In this document: in pieces, positions 27,001-38,564 of the stretch
Numbering within the stretch: position 1 is the stretch's first letter
How the letters are laid out: the number at the start of each line of letters is the position of its first letter
Assembly (NCBI RefSeq): GCF_964355755.1
Contig: NC_092676.1
Span: 9,649,888 to 9,713,887, forward strand
Reading direction: 5' to 3'
Source of the DNA: Antedon mediterranea
Taxonomy: Eukaryota > Animalia > Echinodermata
Length of the DNA stretch: 64,000 nucleotides
Position numbers and translations under genes: made by a program
The notes under the pieces: generated by a model
The model's input: only the letters and a program-made list of their open reading frames with translations
What the model was told of the DNA's origin: nothing
Database searches by the model: none

Positions 27001-28418
27001 CGCAAATCGTTCAAATCGCGCATAACATTAACACCATTTTGTTTGAGGATTTTCAGTAACCAAGTGATGTACCGTATATTTCGGTGTATAAGTCGCACCT
27101 GTGTATAAGACGCACCCCCAACTGAGAGTAAAATATCGGTATTTTTTATATCAAATCAAACAATGTTTTTTTAAATTGTAATCAATATTATTGTAATTAT
27201 ATATTTTGTTATATCTACAACGGCGTCCTTTATTTAGGTTTTTTCTTACCTAGGCTCGGCCGCGCCCAGCCTCAACAAGTTCTTTCTAACTTGTTATTCA
27301 TGAGTTTCGCCGCAACATCGAGTGCATGACCGTGTGTGTAACACGCACGTGTGTGGGCTAGCCTCGCTCGATCATTTCGAGAGGGCGCACGTTTTCACGG
27401 ACAATCGTATTCGATTAGTATCTATGTATCCGAGAAGTGTGTACGCTAGGTCCATGCTATAATCACCTGGAGAATATACTAGTCGAATACCGTACAACAT
27501 GTGGCCGCCAAGAAGGGCTTGCGCTGGGGGGTCGGCGATCGTGCGTATAACTATAAATAAATACTATTCCAATCGTAAACGTTTACAAATGAAATTTTAT
27601 CGGAGCGCCTAAAACAGCTCCATAATAAACAAATCTTTTCATCATATTTAGTATAACATCACGCTAAAATGCCTTGAAAACTAGGCAGAAGCAGGTTGCC
27701 GTTACGTTAGTACACTGTAGCTAGGCCTAGCCTACTCAGGCCTAGCAAACGAGGTGACGATAGCCTAGGCCTATGTACAATTTGTGTGGTGAGGCATTTA
27801 TGTTCGGTGTATAAGACGCACCCTTAATTTAGAGGTCAAATTTGCGTGTCAAAAGTGCGACTTATACACCGAAATATACGGTATGTAGCAATAGGCTGTT
27901 TCCGCTTAACCACCCAGTCTCTCATCTCAAGAACAGCTCCGTTAGTTACAGGTTTATTATGGTGGTGTGTTTGTGTTAACCTGAAACACCAGCAGAGGCC
28001 TAGCCTATCTACTGGACAGTTGGTCATCATAGCCCCTATAATAGAGATACAGTATAAAAAAAAAATGGCCTGGGCCTAGGGGCTAGGCTATATTAATAGG
28101 CTACTTATTAGGGCCTAGCCGGCCCTAGCTATATAAATTAGCCTACCCTAGGCCTACTACTACCTACTCTAGAGACTAGGCTAGGCCTACCTCCTAGAGG
28201 CTACCTAAGTTAAAGCCTAGCCTAGGCCTAGGCCTACTAACTATATATACTTAGGCCTAGCTAACTAAGAGGCCTAGCCTAGCTAGGCCTTTAGCCTAAA
28301 ATAGACGAGAAGAGACATAAGATTAAGAAGATTGGCGATGCATAACTAGTAAAGGCGTGTATTTACCTAAGTACTCTTCAGCAGATAGCACAAATCTGTC
28401 TGTGGAACGCAATGCCAT
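9071..28418 (-). CDS. CSTPP1: Centriolar satellite-associated tubulin polyglutamylase complex regulator 1 (C11orf49/UPF0705). Exons 28367-28418, 13847-13949, 12759-12889, 12295-12459, 11408-11609, 9071-9248
   Basis: Six GT-AG exons with matching phases give MALRSTDRFVLSAEEYLDKNQILVYVEDAVHQLLE...YFQSVQSGTHTLYREFEFIQKTSHNRASF...EYHSLLCILCANFP...MSFADFLFAFQIQFYY...VSFYGFLMALAK...*. This closely matches the recalled human C11orf49 sequence. Confidence 0.92.
12981..13358. mobile_element. PIF/Harbinger-like MITE in CSTPP1 intron 2
   Basis: TAA|GGCCCATTTA ... TAAATGGGCC terminal inverted repeats. Confidence 0.5.
14640..15000 (+). mobile_element. Penelope-like retroelement 3' fragment (GIY-YIG C-terminus plus pLTR with degenerate hammerhead at ~14913-14950)
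   Basis: ORF 14642-14914 contains RKIKESICIRKRPHNINRDIGGYDLPHTYDSLL, followed by CTGAAGCA-GCTGACA-GAT-TGTCGGC-GAAACGTC. Confidence 0.75.
15773..19155. mobile_element. Non-autonomous long-TIR DNA transposon (Academ-like), ~1.25-kb TIRs, 3-bp TSD TAT
   Basis: TACTCTAGTAGCTAG ... CTAGCTACTAGAGTA, with arms ~15773-17028 and ~17901-19155. TAT at 15770-15772 and 19156-19158. Removal restores the host frame ...ADKDIDNLQ. Confidence 0.8.
20760..21370 (+). mobile_element. LINE ORF2 3' fragment (C-terminal zinc-finger region), degenerate
   Basis: Translates to FKARSNSLDLEGRRKSW...LCKMC...ETVNHFLFKCP with frameshifts. Confidence 0.6.
22215..22607 (+). mobile_element. CR1/L2/Rex-Babar-type LINE 3' fragment
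   Basis: KKLNTRLYCL..RKLGSFGV and DRIEKVLGRAWKVIG...ILEDTNHPLH are typical post-RT residues. Confidence 0.55.
24945..26087. mobile_element. MULE/Foldback-like MITE with subterminal AAGTCGCCCC tandem arrays; 9-bp TSD (8/9 match)
   Basis: GGATGCTAGTCAAGTCGCCCC ... GGGGCGACTTGACTGGATCC, flanked by GGTACTTGG and CGTACTTGG. Removal restores the host frame LPVPSTCTSQKRVK. Confidence 0.8.
26229..27027. mobile_element. Ginger-like MITE (TGT...ACA ends, 4-bp TSD TTAA) built from TTGCGCAA palindromes
   Basis: TTAA|TGTTATGCGCGATTTGAACGATTTGCGC ... GCGCAAATCGTTCAAATCGCGCATAACA|TTAA. Confidence 0.75.
27072..27881. mobile_element. pogo/Tc1-mariner-type MITE (TA TSD)
   Basis: TA|CCGTATATTTCGGTGTATAAGTCGCAC ... 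GTGCGACTTATACACCGAAATATACGG|TA. Removal restores the host frame QPIATYITWLLK. Confidence 0.85.
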
Positions 28419-30385
<1,967 letters not shown>

Positions 30386-33300
30386 TGTTATCTATGCTGT
30401 TTGAAAAACTATAATAAAATTAAATGTGAAACTGGAGACAGAGAGAGTAAAGTCTTTAGATCTCAATACATTCCACATAAATTGTACACTGTTTGTTTGA
30501 AATCCTGCAACTTTTGTGAGAAAAAGAAAAAGAGATGTCTTGCATAAAAGAAGACAAAGCTCAGTTTTTGGAATTTGTAAATATTATGGACTAAAAACTT
30601 GGTAAAAACATACTGTAGTCAACCACCAACCATCCAGAAATGTATGAGAGATGGCTGTGATATTGATGGCTGGTGCTAATAGTCAAACAGCCATACAAAA
30701 TTTCAAATAAATATTCAACTCAAAACATTTTGCAAGCAGTGCAGACCTAACTGTATATTAATACTGAACTTCCAAGATGGAAATAGATAAATTCGTCAGC
30801 GCATCCTTTTATAAGCCATTCTGTTCAGTAGGTTGTTGTATCCTTCTGCTTGTTAGGAAAGATTGCTTGTCATGACTGAATCATCATGGCTCAGTTTAAG
30901 AATAGCTTAGAGTTTTAAAAAACATCTACAGGCTAGCCACTTTATGTTGCTTTGTGCCTGGTTGGTTTGAATAAGGCAATCTAACAAAGGGGTTTATCTG
31001 TGGCTGCGACATCAGTTCCATGTTCCTTAACAGACACTGTACAGTACTGTCCTTATTTGTCGCAGCCAGACATAAGATCAAAAGACTGTACAAGTTTGCT
31101 ACTGTATCTTAGCAAGGCGAACTCAGTGTCCTGTTGTTAGATTGCATTGGTTTGAATAATTCGCACCAGTTTATTCAACAGATTAAACTGGGAAAGTACA
31201 GTAGAATTGTCATGGTACAATTCGCAATTCTTTTTAAATAAAAACCTTGTAGAATTAAATTGTTGTTCTTCTTACTATCGGGTGCTGTATATGGACCTGG
31301 GATCACGTTGGACATTTTAAATCAGCACTGCTGACTCTTATGGCAGTCCCTGCATCTAGTATCTGGCTCAGACGTATTTGCCCATGCCTTTCCTCTGGTA
31401 AAGGTGGCCACTGGACGAGAGAATGTTAGGACCAATCAAGATGCTTTAACAGTCATGGGTTAGTTTCATACATCATTCAGAAGAAGAATGTAAAAATAAT
31501 TGCCAATGTCGTTCACGACAGACGTCGGCCATATATATGTGGTCTATTGTATACATCAATAGACCACATGGGCACTGGTTTCACATTTTACTGAAGTGTG
31601 TTGTCACAGGTATCATTTTTGTCGCACCTTCATAATCAACACTTAGTCGCCGAACTGAAAATTTCCGACTTCGAAAATAGTAATTTTATTATTTTTGCAT
31701 GTGGGAGACATTAAACCAACGTTAGAGACGTGTCAGAAAAACGACACACAAATTGTTTGATATTGGCTCAACCAATTGTATACAAACTTGTATTTAGGGT
31801 GTGCTTATGCGAGCAATATTGACGCAGATACAAATGTTATATCTAAAACTATAATAATAACTATTGAATACTGTAGAGTACTCATCTACACAGTAATTGT
31901 AATAATTATTGTCCTCAGGCTTGACTGGAAACTGAAGAAATTCGGATTAGGTCATCTATGGACCCACAGCAGCAATCTGCAGCGTTTACTAAAATCAGCA
32001 CACTGGGAGTCCATCCCCTACTCTTTTTTAAAAGTGTACAAAGTTCTTTAACGTACACTATGTACACGGAACCAACGTCTTTAAGCCCTATCCGAAGGAC
32101 GATCAGGCAATTAAAGTAAATCATCTTGCCTACCATTTTTTTTTCGGAAATAAATGTTATCTGATGATGATGGTGAAGTAGGATATTGGTAACATATATA
32201 TTGAGGAAAGTTAATCAACTTAAAGTTCATCAACTTTCTATACGTATACATCCAATGTAATATTGTTGGCATTATGAAAACAATGCATATTGACATTAAC
32301 CATTAGGCCTGCATCTGTCAGGTGAAATCTTAATTGAATACATCTGGTGAAGTAATTTATCAAAATTTACCACAATGCTAAAGTTTATCTTGAAGATGTT
32401 TCTCATAAATTGGGGTGATTTGATAGAGCTCGATTACTCAGATACCGTGTATAGATGTGAAGGAAGATGTTCATCACCATCGTGATATAAAATATAAGTG
32501 TTATTGCCGTTATCTAGCTATTCTGGTACCGTAGTTTGTTTACATTATCGATTATCAATGCTGTTTCTCCACATATGACAATATTTCTTCAGTATCATAT
32601 CAAAATCATATCATAAACATCCGTAATACAGAATCACATGTGTATCCAAATGTGGTGTATCATGTACGCTGAGATTGTGGTCTGTGATGCAATTTTTTTT
32701 ATTACGGAATGTTTGCTAGATACTGGGAAATCTAGGTATTAGGCCTACAGTAGCAAGAATCGAATGGTTTTACTTTCTTGCGTTTTTAAAAACCCTAAGT
32801 ATTGTTTTATAATATTTATTTTTACTTTCGTTCAACTGTTCCGTAATTAAATATTTTTTATTCTACGGTTCACTCGGTTGGTTGGTCGATCGGTTGGTCG
32901 GTTGGTGGTAAACACTAATATAACATATAATATATACTTGATATTTTATGTTATGTTCCGGACTCCAATAATAATGAAAATACACACTTCAAATATGTAT
33001 AGTGGTTTTAGATGTTTTATTCTCACTCCTTTTATATCTACACATGTGCTCGGTCTTATTTATCTTCTCTCTCTCTGCCGCCCTCTATCGGACGTTATGT
33101 CTTGTATATTTGGAGGGTTACACTAACTTGAGCACGCGACTGACACCATACGCAACTGCAACCATGTATGGCCTTGTTTAAGATAATAGTTTCAAGAAAG
33201 ATACAATCCTCAGATTGAGCATGCATGCCATTTCTAATAGTCAATTAGACTTGAATAAGAGAGTAAGACATAGGCAGTGGCTACAACACCTTACTACATA

Positions 33301-33875
33301 ACTGCTTTTAACTTGTACATTTTTATTTATTTATTTTCAATGTTAAAAACAGTAGATAATCAAATCACAGTGGATTGATATACAGTTGTGCATGTCAAGT
33401 TACACTATATGAGCAAATGAGTGGTATAGGTTCTAGATTACAGAAGATTATCCCAGGCACTCCACTCTTCCTTCCCATTATTTGGCTCTATTAATCTTAC
33501 ATAGGCCTACTGTATATAAATAATTATAAAGTAAACTTTGAAGCTAATTAGGAGGCCCAAAAACTTACTCTTGTGTATAAAAACTTAGTATCGACAAAAT
33601 AAAATTAATTTTATTTGATGATACTAAAAAGCAGTTCACTGACCATTAAACTAATTAAGAGTTGTATATAGAAGATTAAATAAATTCAAACGCCAGAGAA
33701 TGTCCCTTTAATTGAATTTGTCTGAGGAATTTGTCTGAACACTAGGCCTACTTTAATTTTAAGACTGGATTTTATACGCAATTGAATTACTGTAAATAAA
33801 AATATAAACATGAATTACATCCCTTATTCAAATTTCTTCTACTTGGTCCCATTTAAAATATCGTCTTTCTCCTAA

Positions 33876-34028
<153 letters not shown>

Positions 34029-34080
34029 TAAAAGCTGATTTTGGCCAAGTGACTGGTCCGTTATGGTTATGCTTGATGAT

Positions 34081-34539
34081 GTTATATGTTTAGGATATGA
34101 AATCTCTATCACAGATTGCCCTAATAATGGAATGAGGGTGCACAATTGTAAACATCATGAGGATGCGAGTGTTATATGTTTAGGATATGAAATCTCTATC
34201 ACAGATTGCCCTAATAATGGAATGAGGGTGCACAATTGTAAACATCATGAGGATGCGAGTGTTATATGTTTAGGATATGAAATCTCTATCACAGATTGCC
34301 CTAATAATGGAATGAGGGTGCACAATTGTAAACATCATGAGGATGCAAGTGTTATATGTTTAGGATATGAAATCTCTATCACAGATTGCCCTAATAATGG
34401 AATGAGGCTGCACAATTGTAAACATCATGAGAATGTGAGTGTTATATGTTTAGGATATGAAATCTCTATCACAGATTGCCCTAATAATGGAATGAGGGTG
34501 CACAATTGTAAACATCATGAGGATGCGAGTGTTATATGT
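34081..34539 (+). repeat. 90-bp in-frame tandem repeat x5 (30-aa C-terminal half of an SRCR domain)
   Basis: Units start at 34081, 34171, 34261, 34351 and 34441, each encoding VICLGYEISITDCPNNGMRVHNCKHHEDAS. Confidence 0.95.
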
Positions 34540-35410
34540 GCAGGTACAATATTTTCAAAGTACAAACTAATTCAGCATCATTAGCAATGGCTAATTACTA
34601 TAAGCGATTTCAAATTTGAATTTGCAAGAATTTCTGCCATTTGTAAAGAAAATATTTTCTAATTTGGTTGGAAAGAGAAAGAAATCAATCAATCTTGCCA
34701 CTTGCCACTAAAATTTGTACTTTATTTACTTTATAGCAAACGTAAGACTTGTTGATGGTGGCAATATGAATGAGGGACGAGTTGAAGTTTACGATGGTAA
34801 AGAATGGGGTGGGGTGATGACTGGGACACCGTCAAGTAGGATTAGGAGAAGCCATCCAATCACCAGGACAAGCTCATTTTGGCCAAGAAACTGGTCCGAT
34901 TATGTTTGATAATGTTCGGTGTTTAGGAAATGAAATCTCTATCACAGACTGTGCTAACCCTGGAATGAGGGTACACGATTGTGGACATAAGGATGATGCT
35001 AGTGTTATTTGTTCAGGTACAGTAGTAATATGGCTTAACGTAGACTTAGAAAACGTTTTCTTGTTTATCTCTTATTTAAGTTGTAAAACATAAGGACGCT
35101 GTACAAACTAATTCAGAACCATACATTAGCAATGGCTTACTATAAGTCCTAAACAAGTTTTCTCTATAGCGATTTAAAATTTGAATTTGCAAGAATTTTT
35201 GCCATTTGTAAAGCAATATTTTCTAAATTTTCTGGAAAGAAAGAAATCAAAGAAAGAAATCCTGCCACTGAAAACATTTCGGAAAAATATATAACAAAAT
35301 TTTGGTTATAATGTCCTGTGACTATGTTCGATATTACTAGTAATATTCAACTAAAATTAATGAGAGATAAGTGAGAGCACCAGCAGAAATAAAAAAAAAA
35401 CGGCATTTAA

Positions 35411-35902
35411 AGATATCCCCCAAAAACATGAAAAATGAAGATTAATCAAATCAGACATTGAATATGTCACTTCTGTGAATTTGAAACGATAAGATGAGGA
35501 AATCTGTGAGAATAAGAAAAAGACGCCCCAGCCGAGACTCGAACCCGGAACCTTCTGCTTGATATGCAGATCTTCTAACCATTAGACCACTGGGGCTTTC
35601 ATGGTATTGTTCAAACTCGATTGGATAGCGGCGGAACAGCACTAGTCCCTCAATTGTACGCACGCGCACCAGAGATCAAATTGATATATATTTAACTTTA
35701 AAAGGCCAAAATAAACAGTTACATTTAACGAAAAAAAAACCATTGTCTAACAATTTGACTATTCTTTGTTTAAAAGTAAAGTAAATTTGTCCAATCCAAT
35801 TTTTGGTCAAAGTGATTAAGTACTATGTGCCATTAAAATGGAAAGATTCAATAACAACAAAAATTTAAAAAATATTTTTTTGTCCAGGGGGACAATATAT
35901 CT
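35411..35902. mobile_element. Kolobok-type MITE (TTAA TSD, AG...CT ends)
   Basis: TTAA|AGATAT(----)CCCCC ... GGGGGACAATATATCT|TTAA. Related family remnants at ~1670-2015, ~5245-5265 and ~8310-9010. Confidence 0.65.
35524..35596 (-). pseudogene. tRNA-like sequence (tRNA-derived/SINE-type head), nominal anticodon ATC
   Basis: GCCCCAG/CTGGGGC acceptor stem, TCTGC-ATATCAA-GCAGA anticodon arm, CCGGG-TTCGAGT-CTCGG T-arm, A and B boxes present. The D-stem pairs poorly. Confidence 0.7.
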
Positions 35903-36006
35903 TTAAAGTACTGCGTTTAATTTGTTTTTACTTTATAGCAAACGTTAGACTTGTTGATGGTGGCAATATGAATGAGGGACGAGTTGAAGTTTACGATGGT
36001 AAATAA

Positions 36007-36144
<138 letters not shown>

Positions 36145-37437
36145 TAGGAACTGAATCCTCTTTCAAATACTGTTCTAACCGTGGGATGAGGGTACACAAT
36201 TGTGGACATAAGGATGGTGCGAGTGTTATTTGTTCAGGTACAGTAGTAATATGGCTTAACGTAGACCTAAACAACGTTTTCTTGTTTATCACTTATTTAA
36301 GTTGTAAAACATAATGACGCTTGTTATGTGTTACATGTGCAGGTACAAATTAATTAAGCACCATACATTAGCAATGGCTTACAAGTTTTCTCTTACAATT
36401 TCAATTTTGAATTTCTATGAATTTCTGCCATTTGTAAAGCAATATTTTCTAAATTTTTTGGAAAGAAAGAAATCTTGCCAATAAAAACTTTTTGGGAAAA
36501 ATAACCAAAATGTGTTATAATGTCCTGTGATGCGTATATCCGATATTACTAAAACTAATGAGAGAGATTTTCACAGTGAGAGCACCAGCAGCAATATAAA
36601 TGTTTACTTTTTTACTTTATAGTAGGCCAAAATATTAGACTTGTTGATGGTGGCAATATGAATGAGGGACGAGTTGAAGTTTACGATGGTACACAATTGG
36701 GTACAATATGTGATGACGACTGGGACATCAACGATGCCAATGTTGTGTGTCGACAATTAGGACTAAGAAAAGCCATTGAAGCTCCAAAACAAGCTCATTT
36801 TGGCTAAAGCAATGGTCCGATTACTGTAGGCTTGATAATGTTCAGTGTTTAGGATTAGAAACCTCTATTTCAGTCTGTTCAAACCGTGGAATGAGGGTAC
36901 ACAATTGTGGACATCAGGAGGATGCTGGTGTTATTGTTCGGATAAACTATTGTTGTACTGCCCTATTCCTCGTGGCAAAGGGACATAAATTTCCTGTTTT
37001 ATAAAACAAGCACAACTGAATATGTTTCAGTTTTAATAGGCCCAATGTAATGTAATAATAGTGTATATTCATCATAATATTTTATCTAATGTGTTTTGTC
37101 AAAATGTTAGTTGTGCCTTTATAGTGTGACTTTTGTAATAATAGGCCTAAATTACATTAAAGTAAAAAATTAACATTATAATTAAAAAAATCACTATTTT
37201 GTTTAAAAAACACGAAAAAGAGTAGGCCTTCAAAGCAGTTTTAATTAATAAAGTACCGTAGTACATATTATCGTTATACCTTCTCTATAATGAAATACGA
37301 ATCATAATGTTTTCAAATTTACAATAATCACTGTAACTTTGTAATAACTATGGTTTCATAGTTGGGATTCAATAACTTTAACTTCCAACACAAGAACTAG
37401 GTTAGTGTCCCCTCACTCTCATAATCATAATGTCAAT

Positions 37438-38564
37438 TTAATGATAACGAGGGAGTAAAGAGTTAGGGACCTTGAGTGTTGTCCAGATTACAATTATAAG
37501 CATATGAAGGAATGCAAACAGGCGATGACTTGTATTGTACTTCAGTACTTTGGACTTGATGTTATCTGTCCCTCCACTTTTTCCATTTTTGAATGACTTT
37601 ATAACCTCTTCTAGTTCTTTGCTAGTTGGTGGATCCTCATTAACTATACAGTCTTCATCATTGAACAACTGTGGGAAACTTCCTGGGTCTTCTAGCTCAC
37701 TAGGGATACTGAATGATTCAGGTGGGCCTGCAAAGTGAGACTCAAAATGTACTTTGAGCTTTTCCTTCTGAATTCTACTATCACTGGATTTCTTGAAGAC
37801 TTTGTAGTTTTTGGCGATTGCAAACTCCTTTTCTGCTGACTTAGCTTCAGTCGCAAAATTCAGATTCTCTGCTAGGCACTTGTAATACTCATTTTTTTAG
37901 TTCTCTCTGCTTCTTCTTAATCCTTTTCTGTAACTTCCTTAACTCGTTCTTATCACTGCACTTCCTTTGATCTTCTATCATCTTACACAAATCATCGTCT
38001 TCCCATGGCTCTTTTCTTTTCACAACTTCTTAGGACAGACCTCTTCAACACACTTACATACCTTTTCAGTAATAAAATCATTCAGCTCATTAACATCTTC
38101 ATGAGGTAGTTGATCAAAGGCATCTTCAAGTTTTTAAGTAAGTTTTCCCTGACTTCTGGAACATCTTTAAGTGCAGCATAGTTTGTCCTAGGTTTGCTAG
38201 ATTTGTAGTGCCTTATTGTGCGTAGTACCTCACTTCGCCTTGATGTTGTTGGGAAGTTTATATTCATCACTAGGAGCCTATGATCTGTGTTGAATAATCT
38301 TGAAGGCCCAACATACACACGACAGTCTTTAAAGTTTCCAACCCATTTTGTGGTGCATATGTAGTCAATACGCTTCCACAGTCCTGTTCCTGCATGTCTC
38401 CATGTTTCTCTGTGTACTCGTTTGCTTGGTATCCAAGAATTCATTATTCTCATAGAGTTGAATAAACACCACTCCAGCATTCTCGCACCGTTGTCGTTAG
38501 TGTGTCTACGATCTGGGTTGTTGTTGCCAAGAATACTATCCCAAACTCCACTCTCTTGACTTTT
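37438..38564 (-). mobile_element. RTE-like LINE ORF2 fragment (APE endonuclease C-half through start of RT), degenerate
   Basis: NDNGARMLEWC...NSWIPSKRVHRETWRH..KRIDYI...TDHRLLV, then PPTSKELEEVIKSFKNGKSGGTDNI. Confidence 0.85.

Larger units (their letters stand above)
15515..27980 (-). pseudogene. Decayed hAT-like DDE transposase with C-terminal Spin/Ssty (Tudor-like) domain, interrupted by five nested TIR elements
   Basis: Fragments 27884-27980, 27032-27069, 26097-26224, 23706-24935, 19159-20268 and 15515-15769. Motifs in order: LKYDGTNKK, NTMTDRC, FFCGM(Q)PL (CxxH-like), GNRFHIL, SNNISGE.VFGLLD, and C-terminal KKITHLW...DLKNGDLVVI*. Several stops and frameshifts. Confidence 0.8.

Noticed and set aside
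27980-28367. Possible CSTPP1 exon 1-transposase fusion via the TTTCAG acceptor at ~27981
   Set aside because: Exon 1 ends in phase 1, giving G|GT TAA, an immediate stop, and the transposase is disrupted. There is no support for domestication.
31900-32700. Possibly coding-like minus-strand remnant (weak cadherin-like words)
   Set aside because: Multiple stops and no motif I can identify with confidence.
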